Shown here: positions 28,456 through 37,367 of the stretch, piece after piece
Layout of the letters: each line of letters opens with the position of its first letter
How positions within the stretch are numbered: the first letter of the stretch is position 1
IMG/VR virus record: IMGVR_UViG_3300042874_000422
Location: 1-64,000 of that record
DNA: 64,000 nt
Reading direction: 5' to 3' (one strand)
From: a virus
Position numbers and translations under genes: made by a program
The notes under the pieces: model-generated
Database searches by the model: none
Told to the model about the DNA's origin: nothing
What the model saw: the letters and a program-made list of their open reading frames with translations, nothing else

Positions 28456-29139
28456 TCACTTCGGGTTGATGGTCAGCGACAGCGAAGAGTTGTTGTAGGC
28501 GCACGGCAGGAGAGTACGAGCGCGCAGCTCGCTTGCGCTCGGGAACCGCTGACACGCGAACGCGGTCTGCCGTAGCTGCACGGGCGGGCCGTCGTCGTCC
28601 CAGACGTACAGGCGGTACTGCAGACCGGCTGCAGTCAGCGTGACCTCGATCGGACCGGGGAACGTCACGGCGAGCCCGGTCACCGTCGGTGTCAAGCGGA
28701 CGAAGTCGTTCTGGTTGCCGAGGTAGAGATCCGGCGCGCTGCTGTCGGGATCCCACATGGCGCCCTGGTTCGTCGTCGAGATCGACACCACGACGTCGGT
28801 GATCACGTACGTGCGGGGGAACGCCGCGACGCAGGCGCCGCCGACGCAGAGCGTGTCGCCCGTGCAGGTGTCGTTCGCGGCGGTGCAGGCCGGCGCCCCG
28901 CAGTCGCTCGCGCAGTTGGCGGGCGACTCCGAGCCTTCGCACGTGCCGTCGCCGCAGACCGGGCCACCCGGCACGCAGTCGACGCCGCACGTATCGGGCG
29001 TCTCGGCATCGGCGCACGCGCCGTCGCCGCAGACGCCGCCGTCGATCGCAGCGTCGGTGCCGCCGTCGACGGTGTCGTCGTCGCCCGTGTTCGTGCCGCC
29101 GCATGCGGCGATGACTGCCAGCAAAATGATCCGCTTCAT
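28456..29139 (-). CDS. lipoprotein with myxobacterial-type Cys-rich repeats
   Basis: Lipobox IAAC; CGDGxC..E....C..DC x2. Confidence 0.8.
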   Translation of the reverse strand: MKRIILLAVIAACGGTNTGDDDTVDGGTDAAIDGGVCGDGACADAETPDTCGVDCVPGGPVCGDGTCEGSESPANCASDCGAPACTAANDTCTGDTLCVGGACVAAFPRTYVITDVVVSISTTNQGAMWDPDSSAPDLYLGNQNDFVRLTPTVTGLAVTFPGPIEVTLTAAGLQYRLYVWDDDGPPVQLRQTAFACQRFPSASELRARTLLPCAYNNSSLSLTINPK

Positions 29140-29156
29140 GGTCGTGTCCCCGTCCC

Positions 29157-29453
29157 CTAGTTGGTGTTGGTGTTGTCGGTTTCGACGGCGGGCCTGCAGT
29201 TGCTGCAGTCGCACATCGCGGCGATCTCGGCGCCCACGTTGGGGCTGCTCGCCAGCGAGTCGATGATCGTGAACGCCTCGGCGAGCACGCGGGCGTGCGC
29301 CGCGACCTTCAGCGCACGGTCCTCACGGGTCTCGCCCGGTTCGAACGCGGTGTAGAGCAGGCGCTCGATCTCGGCGCTCGCGCGCCGTGCGTTGTCCGTG
29401 GCCTGGACGAAAAGCCCGCCGGGCGACAGATCGGTGATGATGACAGTCGGCAT
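29157..29453 (-). CDS. hypothetical protein
   Basis: Conserved leader motif upstream. Confidence 0.6.
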   Translation of the reverse strand: MPTVIITDLSPGGLFVQATDNARRASAEIERLLYTAFEPGETREDRALKVAAHARVLAEAFTIIDSLASSPNVGAEIAAMCDCSNCRPAVETDNTNTN

Positions 29454-29517
29454 CGTGGGGTGTGTCCTTTCAGAGTGACAGACGCAGAGTAGGGGCAGGG
29501 TTTGACAGACAATCGTC

Positions 29518-29994
29518 TCAGATCGGGCAGTCGCCGTCGGCGTCGGCGCTGGCGCGGTCGTACTCGATCGAGCCCGACTCCTCGGGGTGGATCTCGCCTT
29601 CCGGGGCGCCGCCGCTGCTGGCCAGGAACCGGTCGTAGCTGTCGTTACGGTCAGAGAGCGCCGTGGACACCGGCTGCGCGAAGATCGCCGCGTCCCGTGC
29701 CGCGAGTAGCTCCTGCACGTGGGCGGCGAGCGCCAGCCGCACCGACTCGCTCGTGGCGAGCACCGTGCGCAGCTGGGCGATCACCGCGTCCTGTTCGCCG
29801 ATCCGCTTGCGCAGTGCCTGCGCGTCGGCCTGTGCCGCGTTGCGCTCCTGCTCGCAGCGCGAGATCAGCTCGCCGGCCAGCGTCGCCGTCGATTGCGCCG
29901 CCGGCTGCGTACCTCGCGCGGGCTCTTTGGTGCGGTCTCGCTTGTCGTCGGCTGCGGGCGTATCGGTAGCGGGTTCTTTGCTCTTCTTACTCAC
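29518..29994 (-). CDS. coiled-coil hypothetical protein
   Basis: GAGGG SD; heptad pattern. Confidence 0.55.
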   Translation of the reverse strand: MSKKSKEPATDTPAADDKRDRTKEPARGTQPAAQSTATLAGELISRCEQERNAAQADAQALRKRIGEQDAVIAQLRTVLATSESVRLALAAHVQELLAARDAAIFAQPVSTALSDRNDSYDRFLASSGGAPEGEIHPEESGSIEYDRASADADGDCPI

Positions 29995-30343
29995 GGTTAA
30001 AGCCCTCAAATTCGAGTGTGTTGTAGATAAAGGATGAGAGTGTGCCGCAATCTAGTCGCCCGGTTTCGCCGTCAAGTAGTGTATGAATGGCTCGCCCTAC
30101 CGCTTGCCAGCCTTCACCCATAACGTGGTCATCACTTACGCGTGACTCGTAGCGTCGCTTATGCTCGTCGGCGTACCTAGCCCAGCCTTCTAACATCTCA
30201 ACGATTGAGCGTTCGAAATCGCGCGGTACCTTCAGCGCGGCAATGTGGCGAGTCTGCCACCCCGAATCGTTTGGCATGACGAGACCGTCAGCGGGGTTAA
30301 TGAACGTCGGATTACGCAATGCATGTGAGTAGCTAGTCGACAT
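29987..30343 (-). CDS. hypothetical protein with lower GC than its flanks
   Basis: Conserved leader; many A/T third positions. Confidence 0.65.
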   Translation of the reverse strand: MSTSYSHALRNPTFINPADGLVMPNDSGWQTRHIAALKVPRDFERSIVEMLEGWARYADEHKRRYESRVSDDHVMGEGWQAVGRAIHTLLDGETGRLDCGTLSSFIYNTLEFEGFNRE

Positions 30344-30413
30344 GGGGTGTGTCCTTCGGGTCGAGTGTGTGAAAGGGGAGGGGCTCGCAGCCCCGGTGGG
30401 TTGTTGTCGTCGG

Positions 30414-32210
30414 CTACGCCTTCGGGGCGAGGACGTCCAGCTCCAGCAGCGACGCCCGGAGATCGCCGTCGCTGCACAGGCCGCGCAGCGATTCCATGGC
30501 GACCGCGATACCGTCGCGGACCTTCGCGGCGTACGTGCCGCCGAGGACCTCGGCGTGCTTGCTGGCGCGGGCGCCCAGCTCGGACAGCTGCGCGAGGAAC
30601 GCCGCAGCGCGGGCGGGCGTCAGCTGCGAACGCTTGGGCGACGCCTTGAGACCGGCTTGGTGCTCGGTCTCGATGTCCGCGAGCACCGCGTTGACCTCGT
30701 CGGCCAGCGACTTGGTGAGACCGGCGCGGAGCGCGTCACACGTCACCATCGGCATGGGCACGCGCCAGCGTCCCCACTTGCGCTCGACGGCGTCGTACAG
30801 CCGCTGCGCGGCGGCGGCGTGCTTGGCGGGGATGTACCAGCCGTAGTGCTTGATCCCGTGCCACTGGCCCGTGATGATCTCCTGCAGCCACGCCGTGACC
30901 TGGCCCGCTTCGTAGACTTCCTCGTCGCGGCGGCGGTTGTACTCGGTCTCGACGCGAGCCCGGATGTTCTCGTCACCCTCGACGGTGATCGAGCCGTCCA
31001 CCCAGACCGTCGCCGTGGCGAGAATGGTGCCGGCGTGCTCGCCGACTTCACCGTGCGACGGCTGCTGAATCGTCCACCGCGACAGGTACGAGCGCGGCAT
31101 GCCGTCGATCATCACGACGCGGTGCTTGCGCTGGCCCTTGACCATACGCTCGGGCTTGGCGATCAGACCGTGGCGGTTTTCGCCGGTCACGACGAGCCCG
31201 GCGAGCGCCTTGGGCGACGTCGGCGCCTTGACCCACGCCTCGGGCAGCTTGGCCTCGGCGAGCACCGCGAGCATTTCGCTGCGCTTGAATTCGCCCAGAC
31301 CGTCCCAGGCGATGGCGACGCCCGACGACACCGCGCCAGCGACCGCCATGATCTCGCCGCTGCGCATCGCATCGCGGACGCTGCGCATCGTCTCGGTCTC
31401 GCCGCTGACGATCGGCTTGGCCCAGTGCGCCTTGACCTCGGCGGGCGTCATCTGGTCCACCGACTTGCCGCTGGTCACGCGGTGAACGATGCCGGGACCG
31501 ACCGGCAGCGCCGCTGCCTCGGGGATGACCGTGACGACGAGCGCGGCGATCTGCGCCTCGGTGTAGCCGTACGAGCCGCGCAGCGTGCTCTTGTAGCTGT
31601 CGGCGGTCGCTTGCTTGACGCCGTTTGCGAGCGCCGTGACGTAGCCGGCAGCCGTCGAGAAACCGACGCCGCGCAGCTGTCCACCGGCCATGCTGCCGGC
31701 GCCCTGCACTGCCGCGTTGCTGCTCGCCTCATGGCCGATGCCCTGCAGCGTGTCGACGAGCGCGTCACCCGTCGGTGCCGGTACCGTGGTGTCGACCGCG
31801 ACCGGCGCGAGCGCGGGGCGCCGCACGAGCGACGGGCGCTCCTCGATCGCGTCGGCCAGCGTCGCCCAGATGCGGACCCAGAGCAGCGCGAACATGGCGA
31901 CGAACGCCTGGCGCTGCAGATCGGCGCGGCGCGTCTTGAACACGTCGCGGAGTGCCACGCGCGTCGGGTGGTCCTTGTCGGCCAGACCGTTCGCGAGGCA
32001 GAGCGCGGCGACCTTCTGCGCCGCAGCGTCGAGCGCCTCGATCGTGGTCGCGGCGCGGAGCATGTCGGTGCCGGTCGCGAGCGGCGAGACCGGCGCCGGG
32101 CGCGGCGTCACGACGGGAGCCGCCGCCTTGGGCGCGGTGGCGGGCTTGGTGTTGGGGACCGAGTCAAGCTCGATCATGCTGAAGCGGTCAGCGGTGTCGT
32201 CGGTGGCCAT
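30414..32210 (-). CDS. 598-aa early protein, C-terminal domain resembling DUF6744/DUF3150 phage proteins
   Basis: Conserved leader; G...W......R..........LP..W...P and GWYIP patterns. Confidence 0.6.
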   Translation of the reverse strand: MATDDTADRFSMIELDSVPNTKPATAPKAAAPVVTPRPAPVSPLATGTDMLRAATTIEALDAAAQKVAALCLANGLADKDHPTRVALRDVFKTRRADLQRQAFVAMFALLWVRIWATLADAIEERPSLVRRPALAPVAVDTTVPAPTGDALVDTLQGIGHEASSNAAVQGAGSMAGGQLRGVGFSTAAGYVTALANGVKQATADSYKSTLRGSYGYTEAQIAALVVTVIPEAAALPVGPGIVHRVTSGKSVDQMTPAEVKAHWAKPIVSGETETMRSVRDAMRSGEIMAVAGAVSSGVAIAWDGLGEFKRSEMLAVLAEAKLPEAWVKAPTSPKALAGLVVTGENRHGLIAKPERMVKGQRKHRVVMIDGMPRSYLSRWTIQQPSHGEVGEHAGTILATATVWVDGSITVEGDENIRARVETEYNRRRDEEVYEAGQVTAWLQEIITGQWHGIKHYGWYIPAKHAAAAQRLYDAVERKWGRWRVPMPMVTCDALRAGLTKSLADEVNAVLADIETEHQAGLKASPKRSQLTPARAAAFLAQLSELGARASKHAEVLGGTYAAKVRDGIAVAMESLRGLCSDGDLRASLLELDVLAPKA

Positions 32211-32788
32211 GGGGTGTGTCCTTCCGGGTGAGGGATCTTGAGTGTGGGGTGGATGGTAGGGGTGGGGTCTGACGTCAGGCTGGCGCGCGGTGGCCCCGTC
32301 GCGAGCGCGACCAGCGCCGCGTACAGCCGGCGGGCCGCGCGACACGCGGGGCACGCGGGGAACGTGGGGGCCGGCGTGGGGCGTGCCGCCGGGCGGGCTG
32401 CGAGCGCGGCACGGACGACCGTGCGGACAACCGTGCGCAGCGTCGCGCGGACCGTCGCCGCGACCTTGCGCGCCGTGCGGGCGAGCGCCGCTGCAGCGCG
32501 GGCACGGACGAGCGCCGCCGCCCGAGCGAACGCCCGAGCGAACACGCGGCCGATTTCGGCCAGCGCGAGCATGCCCTGGCGGGCGCGGTTGCGGGGCGTG
32601 CGGGGCAGCGCCGCCACGGGCAGCGGGAGCCCTGCTTCGACCATGCGGAGCCGGTGCAGCGCGCGGCCCGACGCAGCGGCCAGGCGCCATGCCCGGGGCT
32701 CCGTGGCGGCGTTTTCCTCGGCGCGGATGGCTGCCGCGTACTCGCGGGCCAGGCGCCGCAGGAGCCGGCTGTGTTGTTTCTGGGTCAT
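32174..32788 (-). CDS. Ala/Arg-rich protein, first gene of the leftward arm
   Basis: Conserved leader; low complexity. Confidence 0.5.
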   Translation of the reverse strand: MTQKQHSRLLRRLAREYAAAIRAEENAATEPRAWRLAAASGRALHRLRMVEAGLPLPVAALPRTPRNRARQGMLALAEIGRVFARAFARAAALVRARAAAALARTARKVAATVRATLRTVVRTVVRAALAARPAARPTPAPTFPACPACRAARRLYAALVALATGPPRASLTSDPTPTIHPTLKIPHPEGHTPWPPTTPLTASA

Positions 32789-32799
32789 GGGGGTGTGTC

Positions 32800-33150
32800 C
32801 GTCCCGAGGGGTTGCCCCGGTGAAAACGGTTGTATCGCGATGCCCAGAATGCAGATACAAGTATTTCGTAAGTGCGTGATATTTCAGGCGAAAAACAGGG
32901 TATTTTTCCTGTTCTGGGGGGTCTAAAAACGTATTACAGGGGCCCCGAAAAACGGCCGATCCCCGGGGATCTGACTCGGATCCCTATCCGAGTCGACTCG
33001 AATGAATCCAAGTAGTTAGCCCAACCCCTTCACTGAAGGCCGAAATCCGACCGGTTCCGATCGGATCCGACCCGCCGTGCGGGCCGGTTCCGAGCAGGTT
33101 CCGAGCGGGCGCGCGGGCGGGGGGCCGCAAGCTCGCAAAGCTTGAAAGGA
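32800..33150. promoter_or_regulatory. divergence region, AT-rich, candidate origin or control region
   Basis: TTGTATC..GATACAA inverted repeat, A/T tracts, GGTTCCGA x3, ATCCGA repeats. Confidence 0.45.
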
Positions 33151-33159
33151 CGTCCACGA

Positions 33160-33447
33160 ATGGCAGGTCCACTGTGTTTTCGACTACCCGCTGATCTCCA
33201 CGCTGCCGTCGAAGATCTCGCGCAACAGGCCGGCATCAGCACGTCGGAGTGGGTCCGTGATGTGCTGTTCCGGATCGTCTACGGCGAGCCGCCGGGGATC
33301 GATCAAGGCTACATGACCGGTCGCCAGCTGGGCTTCCGGATGATGCAGCTCGCATTCAAAGACGCCTGGGACATGACGCCGATGACCGCCGAGGAGGCGA
33401 CGGAGCGGCTCGGCGTGGGTAATCCCGGGAAAGGCTCCGGGGGCTAG
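33160..33447 (+). CDS. CopG/RHH-like transcriptional regulator
   Basis: LCFRLPADLHAAVEDLAQQAGISTSEWVR; GAAAGGA SD. Confidence 0.75.
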   Translation: MAGPLCFRLPADLHAAVEDLAQQAGISTSEWVRDVLFRIVYGEPPGIDQGYMTGRQLGFRMMQLAFKDAWDMTPMTAEEATERLGVGNPGKGSGG

Positions 33448-33449
33448 GC

Positions 33450-33836
33450 TTATGCGTTGTAGACGTCGGCTTCGCCGGGTCCGATCGCCGTCGCCGGGTT
33501 CCAGAACAGGATGTTGACGACGAGTCCGGCGAGCCCAGCGTTGTTGATCGTCACGAACACGGTGCCGGTGGCGGTGTTGAACCACGGCTCGCCGTGCGTG
33601 ATCGGCGTGGTCACCCAGATGTCGGTCGGCGCCAGCGGGATCACCATGACGCGCGACGGAGGCTCGGTGCCATCAGCGGGGGCCGCAGCACCCGCGATAC
33701 CGAGGTTCGGCTCGGCGACAGAGCTGAGTGCGAAGCCTTGGTTCACCTGCGTGAGCCCGGTGTTGATGCTGTTCGCGCCTGCCGCCAGCGTGATGCGCTG
33801 ACGATTCCAAAGAAGCTGCCCTGCGTTCGTGCTCAT
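33450..33836 (-). CDS. putative virion protein, MSTNAG family copy 1
   Basis: Paralog of 34355 and 50647; GGAGG SD. Confidence 0.75.
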   Translation of the reverse strand: MSTNAGQLLWNRQRITLAAGANSINTGLTQVNQGFALSSVAEPNLGIAGAAAPADGTEPPSRVMVIPLAPTDIWVTTPITHGEPWFNTATGTVFVTINNAGLAGLVVNILFWNPATAIGPGEADVYNA

Positions 33837-33890
33837 GTGGCCTCCAGGTCCGAAGATACGGGAACATCGGAGACCACGTCAAACACGGAG

Positions 33891-34358
33891 CTAGCGAGCT
33901 TCGAACGCGATCGTCACACGCGGCGAGCCACCGAAGCATGGCTCGACGTAATGCGGAACCTTCGACGGCGAGATCACGAGCAGCCCGACCTCGGGTGTGA
34001 CGCGCTCGATCCGGTCGGGGAATTCGAACACCGTGTCGCCTGAGCCTGACGTCACGTAGTAGATCCCGGTCCAGTCGCCGCTGTGCTTGTGGCGCTCGTG
34101 GTGACTGCCGTTGCGATTGACGATCGCCCACGCTTGCCACTTCTTGCGGCTGGTGTTCGCGATCTCGTCGAACGCGGCGCGCACGCGATCATGGAGCTGG
34201 CCGATCGCCGGCACGGGCCACATGAGCAAATCTTCGTCGGAGCGCCAGCCTCCCCGGTTGTAGCTCGGGTGGCTGGGCTCGTATTGAGCACGCAACAAAA
34301 TCGCGTCGTACAGCTCAAGATCGAGATGCGCGGTCGCGAGACGACGGCGATAGATCAC
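33891..34358 (-). CDS. 2OG-Fe(II) oxygenase (TIGR02466-like)
   Basis: GGW.S, WA.VN..G..H..H.H, GIYYV, HYV.P, RVTIAF. Confidence 0.8.
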   Translation of the reverse strand: MIYRRRLATAHLDLELYDAILLRAQYEPSHPSYNRGGWRSDEDLLMWPVPAIGQLHDRVRAAFDEIANTSRKKWQAWAIVNRNGSHHERHKHSGDWTGIYYVTSGSGDTVFEFPDRIERVTPEVGLLVISPSKVPHYVEPCFGGSPRVTIAFEAR

Positions 34359-34735
34359 GCGATCGGATGATACGTCTCGGCTTCGCCGGGGCCAATCGCC
34401 GTGTGCGGGTCCCAGAACAGGACGTTGATGGTCTCGCCACCACCGCCGGTGAACGTGACGAACACGGTGCCGGTCGCCGTGTTCACCCACGGCTCGCTGT
34501 GGTCCACGTTGGTCCACTGCGAGAGGGGCGCCATCGGGATCACCTGCACGCGCGAGGCGGGCAGCGTGCCGTCGCCCGGCGCCGCGATGCCCGGAATGCC
34601 GAGGTTCGGCTCGCCGACGCTGTTCGCCGCGAAGTTCTGGTTCACTTGGCGGATGCCGGTGTCGACGAGGGTGTCACCCGCTGCGAGGGTGATGCGCTGA
34701 CGGTTCCAGAGAAGCTGACCTGCGTTGGTGCTCAT
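34355..34735 (-). CDS. putative virion protein, MSTNAG family copy 2
   Basis: First 20 aa identical to copy 1. Confidence 0.75.
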   Translation of the reverse strand: MSTNAGQLLWNRQRITLAAGDTLVDTGIRQVNQNFAANSVGEPNLGIPGIAAPGDGTLPASRVQVIPMAPLSQWTNVDHSEPWVNTATGTVFVTFTGGGGETINVLFWDPHTAIGPGEAETYHPIA

Positions 34736-34785
34736 GGCCTCAGAAGATACCAGACGTGTCGGACCCTTGTGTTACGCACGTCAAC

Positions 34786-34995
34786 GTGGACGTGATTGTC
34801 AGGCCCAAAGCTCCTCCTGCGGCGCAGGTCGCCAACCCTCCAATCGCCCGAACCTTCGTGCTGATGTGCGCCGGAAAGTGCCGATCGCCGACGTCACACG
34901 GCTACGTCATTACACGTCGCGCGGGCATGATCGGCTTCGAGCACGTCTACGCTTGCTCGTGCTGTAAGACCGAACGGCGCTTCGGGCTCGTATAG
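34786..34995 (+). CDS. small Zn-ribbon protein
   Basis: CAGKC...H...YACSCC.TERR.G. Confidence 0.5.
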   Translation: MDVIVRPKAPPAAQVANPPIARTFVLMCAGKCRSPTSHGYVITRRAGMIGFEHVYACSCCKTERRFGLV

Positions 34996-35007
34996 TAGCA
35001 TCGGTGG

Positions 35008-35907
35008 ATGCAGCTCGGAATCGACTACGCATCCGTCGACGACAACGCCCCGCCGAACTGGGCCCTCGCGAAGCAGCCGAGCGCCGACGGCTCTCGCCTG
35101 ACGTTCGCGATCGTTCGCGGCGCGTACGGAAACTGGTCGGATACGACGTGCATCCGCGATTGGTCCGGGATCAAAGCCGCCGGGCTCGTGCGCGGTTCGT
35201 ATCTCTACCCACGCTACAAGAACGGCCAAGGCGAGCTGATGCCGATCATGTCGCAGGTCGCGGCGCTGCAACACGCGATCAAAGCGGGCGGCGGGCTCGA
35301 CGCCTACAAGGATTTGCCGCCCGCGATCGACATCGAATCAGGTGGCAGCCCGACGTCATTTGGTTGCACCGCTGAGCAGGCGCTCGTGTGGTACCGCGAG
35401 ATCTGGAACGAGATGCAGCTCGCGTTCGGTGTGCGCCCGCTCATCTACACGAGCGGTCGCGTGTGGCTGGAAGATCTCGACAACCAGATGGCGCCAGATC
35501 TTGCGACGAGCGCAGCGTGGCTCGCAAAGCCGTGGCCCTGGAAAGCCAAGACCACTGCGCATCGCGACATCACCAAGCCGTTTTCGAATGGCGCGTACGA
35601 TCCGCAGGTGCCGATCCCGTGGGGCGGCGGGAACTGGTGGATTCATCAGTACCAAGGCGACGCGGTGAACTTCCCGGGCTTCACGCACACCGTCGACATC
35701 AATCGCTTCAACTTGATGCGCATCGGCGAGAAAGGCGCTCGCGTGTCGTGGGTGCAACGCCGCGTCGGTACGAAGCCTGATGGCGACTTCGGCCCGAAGA
35801 CGGAGACAGCGGTCAAGACGTTCCAGAGCCAGCACAAGCTCACCGCTGATGGTGTGATCGGTCCGCTCACGTTCGCGCCACTCTGCTGGACGCCGCCGGT
35901 CTACTAG
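35008..35907 (+). CDS. endolysin: GH25 muramidase + peptidoglycan-binding domain
   Basis: GID, DIE, PLIYT, HQY, VD.N; DG.FGPKT..AVKTFQ..H.L.ADGVIGP.T. Confidence 0.9.
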   Translation: MQLGIDYASVDDNAPPNWALAKQPSADGSRLTFAIVRGAYGNWSDTTCIRDWSGIKAAGLVRGSYLYPRYKNGQGELMPIMSQVAALQHAIKAGGGLDAYKDLPPAIDIESGGSPTSFGCTAEQALVWYREIWNEMQLAFGVRPLIYTSGRVWLEDLDNQMAPDLATSAAWLAKPWPWKAKTTAHRDITKPFSNGAYDPQVPIPWGGGNWWIHQYQGDAVNFPGFTHTVDINRFNLMRIGEKGARVSWVQRRVGTKPDGDFGPKTETAVKTFQSQHKLTADGVIGPLTFAPLCWTPPVY

Positions 35908-35927
35908 CGCGTGTTACCCTTCGCGGC

Positions 35928-36302
35928 ATGAAGCTCATCGCCGCGCTCTTGCTTCTCGTGGGTCTCAACGTCGGCTGTCCGGGCACCGGCCCCGTGCCGG
36001 CCGTCACCGCGATCGTCGATTGCACGATCCAGAACAAGGATCAGCTCGGTGCGCTCGTCGCCGAGTTTCGGACAATCCTCTCCGGGCAAGCACCGGATTG
36101 GTCGGCGGTCTACCAGCGCGCGAAGAACGCCGGCAAGGCGATCGGCGGCTGCGCGCTCGCGACGATCGTGCAGGAGTACCTCGGCAACCGCGCCGCGCCG
36201 CCCGCGCAGGCGGATGGCTGGGCCGCGTACAACACGTTGGAGCGGTTCCGTCGCGAGGAAGCCGCCAACGCGACCTTCCGGACTGCAGCCGGGGATCTCT
36301 AG
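35928..36302 (+). CDS. lipoprotein next to the endolysin (spanin-like role possible)
   Basis: Signal peptide with NVGC lipobox; TACCCT-N7-ATG. Confidence 0.6.
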   Translation: MKLIAALLLLVGLNVGCPGTGPVPAVTAIVDCTIQNKDQLGALVAEFRTILSGQAPDWSAVYQRAKNAGKAIGGCALATIVQEYLGNRAAPPAQADGWAAYNTLERFRREEAANATFRTAAGDL

Positions 36303-37066
36303 TGGAGCACGGCAGGCTCGGGCGCTCTGCGCCCTCACGCCGCGACCTGCGCACGCTGTGGTTTTCTAGGTACGCGGCAGGGCCCGGCTTCTCGGCGCCG
36401 CCGCCGATGGACGACTGGACCGGACCGCAGACCGACTACACGTGGCTCGGCAACGATCGCGTCGGCTGCTGCACGCGCACCTGTTACGGCCACATCGTGC
36501 AACAACGGTGTGCGCTGATCGGCGCTCGTTGCGAGCTGACCGCCGACGACGTCCTGAAATCGTACAAGGACGGCACGAGCTGGGACGGTGTGCCGGGATC
36601 TGCGTCCGATCGCGGAGATCAGATCCTCAACGCGCTCGTGCAGATGCGCAACGTCGGGATCGGTCCGTACAAGATCGCCGCGTTCGGCCGCGTGAACCAC
36701 AACGACACGCTGGAAATGCGCGCCGCGTTGCACCTGTTCGGGTCGCTCATTGTCGGCGCGAGCTTGCCCAAGGCGATCTTCCGTCAGGGCGTCGACTGGG
36801 ACGTCAGCGAGCCCGGCCACCGGCAACCGGATGAAGCGGTGGGCTCTGCCGGTGGGCACGCCTTCATCCTGACCGGTCACCAGCGCGGCCGGTGGACGGG
36901 CATGCCGTGGGTCCGCAAGGCGACGATGACGTACGCCTGGGACGATCTCTACATCGACGAGGCGTGGTTCGTGATCGACGGGCTATGGGCTCATCAGAAC
37001 CGAGCGGCCCCCAACGGCTTCGACCTCGCGCGCCTCGAAGCGGAGGCTGCTGCGATCACGGCGTAG
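36302..37066 (+). CDS. papain-fold cysteine peptidase-like protein
   Basis: LGND.VGCC, D.G, GGHA, W, YIDEAW. Confidence 0.65.
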   Translation: MEHGRLGRSAPSRRDLRTLWFSRYAAGPGFSAPPPMDDWTGPQTDYTWLGNDRVGCCTRTCYGHIVQQRCALIGARCELTADDVLKSYKDGTSWDGVPGSASDRGDQILNALVQMRNVGIGPYKIAAFGRVNHNDTLEMRAALHLFGSLIVGASLPKAIFRQGVDWDVSEPGHRQPDEAVGSAGGHAFILTGHQRGRWTGMPWVRKATMTYAWDDLYIDEAWFVIDGLWAHQNRAAPNGFDLARLEAEAAAITA

Positions 37067-37313
37067 GCGGTGCGGGCGGGATCAGAGCAGGCGGAACTTC
37101 CGCCGGCTTGGCGGCAGCGCCCTTGGTGGCGATCAGCGCGACCGACGTCGTCACGGTCTTGCCGCCGACGAAGATGCCGAAGATCGTCATCGAGAAGTCC
37201 TGCCACTGCGTCACCGTCATCAGGCTCAGCGCCGCGAGCACGGTCGCGGCGATGACGAGGACGATCGCGAACAGGCCACGCTCACTTGCGAACAGGTCTT
37301 TGATGGCTCCCAT
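37056..37313 (-). CDS. holin-like two-TM protein
   Basis: Two TMs in the lysis cluster; TAGTGT-N6-ATG. Confidence 0.6.
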   Translation of the reverse strand: MGAIKDLFASERGLFAIVLVIAATVLAALSLMTVTQWQDFSMTIFGIFVGGKTVTTSVALIATKGAAAKPAEVPPALIPPAPPTP

Positions 37314-37322
37314 CCGTCCACA

Positions 37323-37358
37323 CTATCACGAGGGTTCGCTGACACGCCCTCGTGATAG
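37323..37358. promoter_or_regulatory. 12-bp inverted repeat forming two divergent leaderless promoters
   Basis: CTATCACGAGGG-N12-CCCTCGTGATAG; each arm gives TGA-TAGNGT-N6-ATG. Confidence 0.75.
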
Positions 37359-37367
37359 GGTCAGGCC

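Noticed and set aside
24077-32800. GGACACACCCC repeats as a CRISPR array or integron attC sites
   Set aside because: Too short, gene-length spacing, not palindromic, no cas genes, and tied to start codons.
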